From an uncultured bacterium (GTDB taxonomy: Bacteria; JAGOEH01): a stretch of 64,000 nucleotides of DNA. Position numbers and translations under genes: made by a program. Shown here one piece after another: positions 10,665 to 18,052 of the stretch; position 1 is the stretch's first letter, and each line of letters opens with the position of its first letter. The stretch spans positions 218,204 through 282,203 of the forward strand of contig CAZWDO010000003.1 of the NCBI GenBank assembly GCA_964632485.1, written 5' to 3'. The notes beneath the pieces are model-generated. The model worked only from the letters and a program-made list of their open reading frames with translations, was not told the origin of the DNA and searched no databases.

Positions 10665-12326
10665 ATGAGCTTGAAAAAAACCTTGATTCTTTTCATGATT
10701 CTGACGCTGGGATTGATTGGATCTCTCAGCGCCCAAGTACGTTACATCGATATCCAGGGAACGCAGTCCTTTTATAATTGCGGTCCCGTTGAACCCGGCG
10801 CCATTATTGAAGCCTATAATCAATATGACGTCAAATTGGCTCAAACGATTGTTATTAATGGCGGCCGCTATAGCATCCGTATATTTGAGGCCGATACGAT
10901 TAATCAGATTTTCGGTGTTCAAGAAGGCGAATTGATCAGTCTGGTTATCGATGGAAATGAAGTCATGCCTTATGGAGCATACGAATACCCCATCGTCTAT
11001 GCCAACGAAACCGGCGCCGACGTCATTGATTTTGAGTTTATGGCTCAGGATCCGGATGTTGTAACTAAATCCATCTATTTTATGACTTTTTCCAGTAGCG
11101 CAACCTATCTGAATGGCGGCTTAGTTCCTGTTGGAGCCATTGTTGAAGCGTTTATTCTAGAAACGGGAAAACAGATTGGAATAGATACCGTAAAGGTGAA
11201 TGGCCGATATAATATGAGCGCGTATGCCGATGCGGATATTACTGATTTCTGCGTTGAAGGCGCGCAAGCCGGTGACTCGATTGTTTTCACCATTAATGGC
11301 GCGATGGCCAAAGTGGTTGCCGGAAATGCGACATTTACCAGCGCTATGGATGTACAGACCGTTGATTTGTGCGCCAATGACGGCGTTATCGGCAGCGCGC
11401 AGAGTTGTTCATTTTACGGCGCCGTTTCGGTCAATGGCGTCAATGCCACGGCTGGTACTATTGTTACCGCCTATGATACCGATGGCATTGTTTGCGGACA
11501 ATTTACACTGACCCAGAATGGCCATTACAGTATGCTGGTATTCGGCGATGATGCCGCCACCGATGATGTATGCATGGATGAAGGCGCCCTCGAAGGTGAA
11601 GAGGTGGTGTTCTTTGTCGATGATGAGCCGGCTACCCAGTCTCCAGCCAATGTGACCTGGGTGCGGAATGGTATGTTGGAAGTCAATCTGACCGTCGGAC
11701 AGGCTCAGAGTAACAGTTGGTGCGATTTTATCGGCATCAATTGTAAATTTAACGGCGCTCCGCTTGCCCAGGGAATGACCGTCGCGGCTTATAATGCCCT
11801 TGACGATCAAATGTGCGGCACAGCGACCGTCGGCGCTCTCGGCGCTTTTACTATACGGGTGGTCGGTAAATCCGAGACTCCCGTTGTCGAAGGCCCGGAA
11901 GAAAATGATCCGATCTATTTTATGATTAATAACGAACGCGCTGCGGTTAAATCTCCCTATAACGATACTCTGTTCAGCAATTGGGGCAGTAAGTATGTTA
12001 CTTTGGAATCGCGCGTGGTTCCTGTAGTGGAAGATCAGAAAATCAACAAATCGTTGGAATTGAAACAGAATTATCCGAATCCATTCAACGGAACCACGGT
12101 AATTAGTTTCAATCTGCCTTCCGCGCAGAAAGTTTCCCTCAAAGTGTACAATATGCTGGGAGAGGAAATCTGCGTATTGGCGAACCGAACGATGTCCGCC
12201 GGATCGCATGAAATCGTTTGGGACGGCCAGGATCGTAATGGCCGCAGCGTTCCTTCCAGTATTTATTATTACCAGTTGTTGACGGGTCAGGAAAAACTCG
12301 TTAAACGTATGGTTTATATGAAATAG
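10665..12326 (+). CDS. Secreted T9SS cargo protein (553 aa) with four tandem ~100-aa repeats of an unassigned module and a C-terminal T9SS sorting domain
   Basis: RBS GGAGGG precedes the ATG. The N-terminus is a signal peptide (MSLKKTLILFMILTLGLIGSLSAQ). The module recurs four times with NG[RH]Y..GDD...EGA..GE..F.IN motifs. The C-terminus reads KQNYPNPFNGTTVISFNLP...YYYQL...VYMK. Confidence 0.8.
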   Translation: MSLKKTLILFMILTLGLIGSLSAQVRYIDIQGTQSFYNCGPVEPGAIIEAYNQYDVKLAQTIVINGGRYSIRIFEADTINQIFGVQEGELISLVIDGNEVMPYGAYEYPIVYANETGADVIDFEFMAQDPDVVTKSIYFMTFSSSATYLNGGLVPVGAIVEAFILETGKQIGIDTVKVNGRYNMSAYADADITDFCVEGAQAGDSIVFTINGAMAKVVAGNATFTSAMDVQTVDLCANDGVIGSAQSCSFYGAVSVNGVNATAGTIVTAYDTDGIVCGQFTLTQNGHYSMLVFGDDAATDDVCMDEGALEGEEVVFFVDDEPATQSPANVTWVRNGMLEVNLTVGQAQSNSWCDFIGINCKFNGAPLAQGMTVAAYNALDDQMCGTATVGALGAFTIRVVGKSETPVVEGPEENDPIYFMINNERAAVKSPYNDTLFSNWGSKYVTLESRVVPVVEDQKINKSLELKQNYPNPFNGTTVISFNLPSAQKVSLKVYNMLGEEICVLANRTMSAGSHEIVWDGQDRNGRSVPSSIYYYQLLTGQEKLVKRMVYMK

Positions 12327-12372
12327 TTGCTTTGGAAATCAAAGCAGTCTTTGTTTTAAAAGTCATCATTAC

Positions 12373-12410
12373 GCCGCCTTTATCCCAAACCGGGTAAAGG
12401 CGGCTTTTTT
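12373..12410 (+). terminator. Rho-independent terminator
   Basis: Stem gccgccttta ... taaaggcggc followed by TTTTTT. Confidence 0.55.
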
Positions 12411-12424
12411 GTTTAGTCAGGACC

Positions 12425-12592
12425 GTCATTCCGGGCTCGCGCCCGGAATCCACGGGTCACCTTCTGTCATTCCGGGCTTGACCCGGAATCCAACGATAAA
12501 CGATGGATGCCGGATCGGAGTCCGGCATGACGACGGATGATGGCATTCCGGCTTGACCGCCAGCGCGGCTCGCGCCCGGAATCCACGGGTCA
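12425..12592. repeat. Cluster of at least 4 GC-rich palindromic REP/MITE-like hairpin repeats (GTCATTCC-stem-loop-GGAATCC family)
   Basis: Perfect hairpins are present: gtcATTCCGGGCtcgcGCCCGGAATcc at 12425-12451, gtcATTCCGGGcttgaCCCGGAATcc at 12466-12491 and ATGCCGGAtcggagTCCGGCAT at 12507-12528. The segment ctcgcgcccggaatccacgggtca is duplicated at 12564-12592. Confidence 0.6.
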
Positions 12593-12605
12593 AAAAACCA
12601 ACTAT

Positions 12606-14351
12606 ATGAAAGGAACAAGCATGAGAAGAGTTTTTCAATATCTTCTGCTAATATTAATATCTATTATATCGGTCAGCCAAGCCCAGCAGTCCTGGAGAGT
12701 TGGATTTAAGCTGTATGTATTTATCGATAGCGTCAAAGCGCCCATTCATACAATCGTTGAAGTAAGAGATGTTAATGGTAGTCAATATGATAGTCAAAGT
12801 AAACCCTATGCGTCTCCAATAGTCTCAGAAGTTGAAACATCCTTAGGTACGGCTTTTATTAATGCTCTGGGCGATAATCCGAATACTTCCACAGTACAGG
12901 AAGGCGGATTTACTATTGGCCAAAAAATTTATTTCTATGTCAATAGCAAACGGGCAACAGTTAAGTGTAAGAGCCCGAGTAGTAATTGTGATCTTTATAC
13001 TAACCCTTCTGATCCTACGTTTCCCCCTTCCCAACGGGAGCTGGAAATTTACATTTCTTCCCAGCAACAGACCATTGATACATGTACTTTTACAGGCAGT
13101 GTGTTCATCAACAATGCGCCGGCTCCGGCAGGCTCCCAGATATCGTTTCACGACAAGAACAATCCTACAACATACACCTGGAAAACGATCGCCACTTCGT
13201 CATTGGGCTCATACACGGTAAAAATTGCGGAAGATGATCCGGAAACTACCGGTAAGCAAGGTCCTCTTGATGGAGACACTTTGATTGCGCGAATAAATAA
13301 TTTGTCCGCCGGATCGGATATCCCGCTTATTTTCCGTCCGGGACAAACCCAAATGGTAAGTCTTTCCTATACGGACCCTGACACTTTGCTGTGTACATTT
13401 AATGGAATGATGTGTATGCTGGACGGTCAATTCATAACGTCTCTGGTAACTGTGGAGGCCTTTAATAAGTACAATAAAGTGTGCGGCGCGGCAATCGGGA
13501 CATCCACTCCGGTTCCGGGTTCGTTTACCTTGAATGTTCGCAAAGAAAAAGGCGATAATACCGGTGTCGTAGAAGGCGATTCTGTTTATTTTAAGTTTAA
13601 CGGAGGCAAGGCCCGAACGACAACCATGAGTCCGACGCTTTCTCCATTTTTTTGTTATGAGGATTCCTCATATATGGTGGTTTTGGAAGCAACAACTCCG
13701 CCGCCACCCCAACCGGATACTAATTTTTTTATGCAGTTGTCCGGAACATTGTATGCCGGAGGAGCAGTGGCCAAGCGAAATCTGATTACTGTTAAAACCA
13801 GCGGGAAGACCATGGCTTGTACCACCGCTACCAACGATAACGGACAATTTATCCTGAAAGCCTGGGGCGATAGTCCGTTGACTACCGATGTGGTTGAAGG
13901 CTTTGAGGATGAAGATACCCTGACTTTTTACCATCTTTACAACGGAACAAATCAACCCGTTCAGATGCTCTATCCGACGACGCCCATCACATATGAATTG
14001 TTTGGACTGATTGCGAATATTATGATTTATAACAGTATCGTCGATATAGAAGCAGAAGAAACGCTGATCAAATCTCCAGCTCTGCTTTTATCCAATATTC
14101 CTAATCCGTTCAACCCCGGTACAAATATCCGCTTTAATTTAACAGAACGAACCAATGTGCAGATAACTATATTTAATGTGTTGGGGAATGAAATCAGGCG
14201 ATTGTCAAACCAGCTTTTCCCGGCGGGTGAACACCAGCTCTACTGGAACGGTTGCAGCGATCAGGGTGAACCTCAGTCCGCTGGTATCTACTTTGTCCGT
14301 TTACGGGCAGCGGATATGCAGCATACGCAGAAAATCACACTGATGAAATGA
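12606..14351 (+). CDS. Secreted T9SS cargo protein (~580 aa) with repeated modules related to the upstream neighbour. The start is probably ATG 12606 or 12621, not 12537, which lies inside the repeats.
   Basis: Signal peptide MRRVFQYLLLILISIISVSQAQ. The internal modules carry DNGQFILKAWGD...VVEGFEDEDTLTF-type motifs. The C-terminus reads LSNIPNPFNPGTNIRFNL...GIYFVRL..., a T9SS CTD. GC content is lower than in the flanking genes. Confidence 0.75.
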   Translation: MKGTSMRRVFQYLLLILISIISVSQAQQSWRVGFKLYVFIDSVKAPIHTIVEVRDVNGSQYDSQSKPYASPIVSEVETSLGTAFINALGDNPNTSTVQEGGFTIGQKIYFYVNSKRATVKCKSPSSNCDLYTNPSDPTFPPSQRELEIYISSQQQTIDTCTFTGSVFINNAPAPAGSQISFHDKNNPTTYTWKTIATSSLGSYTVKIAEDDPETTGKQGPLDGDTLIARINNLSAGSDIPLIFRPGQTQMVSLSYTDPDTLLCTFNGMMCMLDGQFITSLVTVEAFNKYNKVCGAAIGTSTPVPGSFTLNVRKEKGDNTGVVEGDSVYFKFNGGKARTTTMSPTLSPFFCYEDSSYMVVLEATTPPPPQPDTNFFMQLSGTLYAGGAVAKRNLITVKTSGKTMACTTATNDNGQFILKAWGDSPLTTDVVEGFEDEDTLTFYHLYNGTNQPVQMLYPTTPITYELFGLIANIMIYNSIVDIEAEETLIKSPALLLSNIPNPFNPGTNIRFNLTERTNVQITIFNVLGNEIRRLSNQLFPAGEHQLYWNGCSDQGEPQSAGIYFVRLRAADMQHTQKITLMK

Positions 14352-14373
14352 TCTTCATTCCCGCCTCACTCCT

Positions 14374-14398
14374 GTCATTCCTGCGTAGGCAGGAATCC
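14374..14398. repeat. Single REP-like hairpin of the same family
   Basis: gtcATTCCTGCgtagGCAGGAATcc is a perfect 8-bp stem. Confidence 0.5.
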
Positions 14399-14433
14399 AA
14401 GAATCTGGGAATCGGTGAACAAGGGATAACTGT

Positions 14434-14721
14434 ATGGATCAGGCTTATGTTTATATATTAGCCAGTAAAAAAAATGGAACATTGTATGTTGGAGTGACCA
14501 GCAATTTGCTCCGACGAATTTGGGAACATAAAAATGATCTTGTAGAAGGATTTACAAAGAACTACAATGTCCATGTGCTGGTTTTTTATGAAATTTTTAG
14601 TGAGATGTATCCGGCAATTACTCGTGAAAAGCAGTTGAAAAAATGGAAAAGAGAATGGAAGATAGGACTAATAGAGTCTATAAATCCGCAATGGAAAGAT
14701 TTGTATGAAAGTCTTTTATAA
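14434..14721 (+). CDS. GIY-YIG nuclease family protein (95 aa, UPF0213/YhbQ-like)
   Basis: YVYILASKKNGTLYVGVTSNLLRRIWEHK followed by ...REKQLKKWKREWKIGLI match the GIY-YIG catalytic core pattern (GIY...YVG...R...E). Confidence 0.8.
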   Translation: MDQAYVYILASKKNGTLYVGVTSNLLRRIWEHKNDLVEGFTKNYNVHVLVFYEIFSEMYPAITREKQLKKWKREWKIGLIESINPQWKDLYESLL

Positions 14722-14724
14722 AAG

Positions 14725-14850
14725 ATGGATGCCGGGTCAAGCCCGGCATGACGGCGGTGGCTCATGGATGCCGGGTCAAGCCCGGCATGACGGCGGTGAC
14801 TCATGGATGCCGGGTCAAGCCCGGCATGACGGCGGTGATTTATGGATGGC
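14725..14850. repeat. Tandem array of ~3.3 copies of a 39-bp unit. Each unit contains the hairpin ATGCCGGGtcaagCCCGGCAT, the reverse-orientation variant of the 12.4 kb REP family.
   Basis: Unit atggatgccgggtcaagcccggcatgacggcggtgRctc at 14725-14763, 14764-14802 and 14803-14841, plus a partial fourth copy. The loop tcaag is the reverse complement of cttga in the 12466 copy. Confidence 0.7.
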
Positions 14851-14892
14851 GCATCATGCGCAATATGACAATACACAGATAAGGTAGGTTTC

Positions 14893-16410
14893 GTGGATCA
14901 GGTGAATTTATTTTCAATGCTTGACTGGATAGTTTTGGGAATTTATGTTATTGGATTAATCGCTTTAGGATGGTGGGTAAGTGGACGTCAAACAGGTGTA
15001 AAAGATTATTTTTTGGGAAGCCGGCAAATACCCTGGTGGGCTGTCGGTATTTCCATCGTTGCCGCTGAGACCAGCGCGCTCACCTTCATCGGCGTCCCCG
15101 CCATGGCATACGCTCAAGGGGGCGATCTTTCCTATGCCCAGATACTCATTGGCTATATCCTGGCGCGCATCATTCTGTCTATCATCATGGTCCCTGCCTA
15201 CTTCAAAGGTGAAATCTATTCTGCCTATCAATTGATCGGCAATCGTTTCGGCAAGGCTCCGCTGATTCTTTGCTCGTTGTTTTTTTTAATCGGCGGATCA
15301 TTGGCTGCGGGTGTGCGTGTCTATGTTACCGCCATACCGCTCCAGCAGATATTAAATGTTGATGTTTCCGTTGCCATTGTTGCGTTTGTTGCCATTGCTT
15401 TGTTTTATAGTATCAAGGGAGGTGTAAAATCAGTGATTTGGACTGATTTTATGCAATTTGCTTTATTTATCGGGGGAGGAATTTTCACCTTGTTTTATGT
15501 TCCTTCGCGCATGCCCGGCTTATCCTGGAGCGCTATATTCAGCCAGGCTGCCGCTGCCGGAAAAATGCGCTGGTTTTATCCTGAATTTTCCTTTCAAGCT
15601 CCGTTTAACATCTGGATGGGATTGATTGGCGCGACAATCGGAGTCATATACAGCCACGGGGTCGATCAATTACTCGTGCAGAAAGTGCTCTGTTGCAGGG
15701 ATGTTCGGGATGGGCGCAAAGCTCTCATTCTTTCAGCGATCATCGTATTTCCTCTATTCATGATTTTTTTGCTGGTAGGAGTTATGTTATTCGTTTATAC
15801 TTCAAATTACCCATCGGCGATAACATTGCCGTTGAACGCCTCGGGGATCCCAAAATGGGATTACATATTTCCCCTGTTTATTGTCGGACAGATGCCGCCG
15901 GTTATCAAGGGCGTATTAATTGCAGCGATATTGGCGGCTGCTTTATCCTCTATCAGCGGCGCTTTGAGCGCATTGTCATCTGTATGGACCATGGAATTCT
16001 ATCGTCGGTATTTAAATACGAAGCGGGACGAGAGAGGTTACCTTAATTATTCGCGCCGGGTGATGGGGGTTTTTAGTATTGTTTTGGCGGCAATTGCTTT
16101 TTTGAGTCAGAATGTGCCATTGGTATTCAATTTGGCCTTTTCTTTAGCTGGACTTACAGCCGGGGCTTTGCTGGGCGCGGTTATACTCTCTTTGTGGGGA
16201 CGTGAACGGCGGGCATGGCCGGTTTTAACCGGGATGGGTGTCTCTTTTGCTTTGATGAGTGTGATTGTGGTGATGAATCTGCAGCATAAGTTGTCGATAT
16301 TCTGGCCCTGGTACCCGATGATCGGTATGCTGGCCATGCTTTCTGTAACGATTTTTTTGCAGAAAATCGCCTGTCAAAAAAGTGCTGTACGGAACAACTC
16401 TGATGATTGA
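14893..16410 (+). CDS. Sodium:solute symporter family (SSF) transporter
   Basis: Multi-pass membrane protein. The N-terminal region FLGSRQIPWWAVGISIVAAETSALTFIGVPAMAY is typical of SSF/SglT/PutP-like carriers. GTG start with a nearby alternative ATG. Confidence 0.8.
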   Translation: MDQVNLFSMLDWIVLGIYVIGLIALGWWVSGRQTGVKDYFLGSRQIPWWAVGISIVAAETSALTFIGVPAMAYAQGGDLSYAQILIGYILARIILSIIMVPAYFKGEIYSAYQLIGNRFGKAPLILCSLFFLIGGSLAAGVRVYVTAIPLQQILNVDVSVAIVAFVAIALFYSIKGGVKSVIWTDFMQFALFIGGGIFTLFYVPSRMPGLSWSAIFSQAAAAGKMRWFYPEFSFQAPFNIWMGLIGATIGVIYSHGVDQLLVQKVLCCRDVRDGRKALILSAIIVFPLFMIFLLVGVMLFVYTSNYPSAITLPLNASGIPKWDYIFPLFIVGQMPPVIKGVLIAAILAAALSSISGALSALSSVWTMEFYRRYLNTKRDERGYLNYSRRVMGVFSIVLAAIAFLSQNVPLVFNLAFSLAGLTAGALLGAVILSLWGRERRAWPVLTGMGVSFALMSVIVVMNLQHKLSIFWPWYPMIGMLAMLSVTIFLQKIACQKSAVRNNSDD

Positions 16411-16458
16411 TAGCCGCTAAGTATCATCGGAAAGCTTTTCGGATTTGAGTTACCAGTC

Positions 16459-16485
16459 GGCCGAGTAAAATTTTTTTACTCGGCC
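16459..16485. terminator. Perfect 12-bp-stem hairpin downstream of the symporter gene, followed by a partial direct repeat. It is a possible terminator or regulatory element.
   Basis: GGCCGAGTAAAA ttt TTTTACTCGGCC; a ~24-bp segment (aaatttttttactcgRcMattSaac) is repeated directly at ~16500-16525. No T-run follows beyond the stem, so the terminator assignment is tentative. Confidence 0.35.
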
Positions 16486-16810
16486 ATTGAACGCGCAGCA
16501 AATTTTTTTACTCGACAATTCAACAAATTTTTAGTCATAAATATTTTAATTTTGATTTGAGTATGTAAAGGTTTTTTTTCTAAATGAAATTCTATAGTAA
16601 GTTTAGTTGAGTTTTAAAAATTAACTTATTATTAATCAATCACATCGAAATATATTTGTTTATTAAATACACAGTATTTGCCATTTGAGGACTCGCTTTT
16701 GGCAGCAAATTTTTATATATGGACACAAATCAGACAAATTTCACTCCTGAAAGTGGTCAGGAAAAAACTTGAGTTTTAAGTTGGAATGAAAAATGCAATA
16801 TTGTACATGT

Positions 16811-18052
16811 ATGAAAATTAGAAGTCGAATTATACTCAGTTTCCTTCCTTTCCTTCTCCTTAGCGGAACCATGGAGGGACGGGTCTGGTTGGTAGCGGTC
16901 GGTATCGATCGATACCTCGATGCCCGCATCCCGTCTCTCCACTATCCGTCAGCCGATGTAAGCTACGTGCTTGATGTATTAGCTGTAAATCCCAGTCGCG
17001 TGATACCCCGTCAGTTGCTGAATGAGGAAGCGACCTGGCGCGGATTGCGAAGTCTGCTACTAAATACATTGCAACGGCAAATGGTTGATACTGATACCCT
17101 GGTTTTCTATTTTTCAGGGCATGGGCATTTTCTGGAGGACTCGAAATTGGGCAATCATCAATATATAGCGCTCTATGACAGCTCGCCGGATGATATGAGT
17201 ACCTACCTTAATGAAGATGAATTAGCCGGATGGCTTGATCGGATTCACTGCCGTTTGAAAATTCTTATTTTTGATTCCTGCTCACCGATGGACTTTCGAA
17301 TTGAGGCAATTTCAACACTGCCGTTAAATAATCCCCGAAGTTTAAAGAATATGCTTATATGGTCTGCCAATCAGGAGCAGGGAAAAACATGGGAGGTACC
17401 ATTTCTCAACCATTCGGCATTTACGTTTCTTCTGATGCAAGCATGGAAAGGTTACGCCGATGCGGATCGTAACGGTAAAGTCAGCGTTAAAGAGACCCGT
17501 CGTTATCTGGACTCGATGATCCTGAAAATTCCAGGCGCTGCCGAATATCGGCCACAAACCGTCGTCAATGGCGATCCGTTGACATTAAATGATTTTCAGT
17601 GGGTTTATCCGCCGCAGATTATATCACAGGCGATAGTGGTTGCAATCGACAGCAGTCATGCTGTTATTGACATGGGTAGAGAAAATTTGCCATCCAGGAA
17701 TGCGATTTGCTATCATCCCGCCACTCAGCAACGCTATAAATTTTTAGAGATACTGGATTATGCTGCTATGATCGAACGCAACGGCATGTTAAAAATGGGA
17801 GATCGGTTGGAGATTAAAATGCCGGATGCAGGTGGGGAATTGATTCTGGAAGTTAAACCCTGGGCCATGGCCGAATTGAATCAACGCCCCTACGGTTATA
17901 CTCCCCTGCGAATCAAAGATTTAGCTCCCGGCGAGTATAAGTTGCGCTTGACTCATCCGGAACTGGGCGCCCGGGTTCTTAATTTTTCGTTGACGCCTGG
18001 CGAGCAAAAACGACTTTTTATCAATTTTGCTGAACTACCGGAGTCGGAATGA
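16811..18052 (+). CDS. Secreted caspase-like cysteine peptidase (peptidase C14/CHAT-like fold) with a C-terminal PEGA domain
   Basis: Signal peptide MKIRSRIILSFLPFLLLSG. The caspase His/Cys dyad context is present: VGIDRY...YFSGHGH...ILIFDSCS. The C-terminal PYGYTPLRIKDLAPGEYKLRLTHPELG matches the PEGA motif. A 4-bp ATGA overlap joins it to the next gene. Confidence 0.7.
   Translation: MKIRSRIILSFLPFLLLSGTMEGRVWLVAVGIDRYLDARIPSLHYPSADVSYVLDVLAVNPSRVIPRQLLNEEATWRGLRSLLLNTLQRQMVDTDTLVFYFSGHGHFLEDSKLGNHQYIALYDSSPDDMSTYLNEDELAGWLDRIHCRLKILIFDSCSPMDFRIEAISTLPLNNPRSLKNMLIWSANQEQGKTWEVPFLNHSAFTFLLMQAWKGYADADRNGKVSVKETRRYLDSMILKIPGAAEYRPQTVVNGDPLTLNDFQWVYPPQIISQAIVVAIDSSHAVIDMGRENLPSRNAICYHPATQQRYKFLEILDYAAMIERNGMLKMGDRLEIKMPDAGGELILEVKPWAMAELNQRPYGYTPLRIKDLAPGEYKLRLTHPELGARVLNFSLTPGEQKRLFINFAELPESE

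Noticed and set aside
12426-12638. ORF 12426-12638(-) and the 12537 start of the plus-strand ORF
   Set aside because: They lie inside the REP-like hairpin cluster. The plus-strand gene more plausibly starts at ATG 12606 or 12621, directly before the signal peptide.
14725-14850. Possible CRISPR array
   Set aside because: The repeats are directly adjacent with no spacers, there are only ~3 copies, and no cas genes are present. It is a tandem hairpin repeat.
14586-14887. Repetitive-peptide ORFs (HRRHAGLDPAS x3; MPGQARHDGG x3)
   Set aside because: They are translations of the 39-bp tandem DNA repeat, not protein-coding genes.
16690-16730. TGGCAG-N5-TTTTA as a sigma54 promoter for the signalling operon
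   Set aside because: It lacks the conserved -12 GC (TTGC) element. A TGGTTAACGGTTTGT candidate at ~36140 is similarly weak and mis-positioned.
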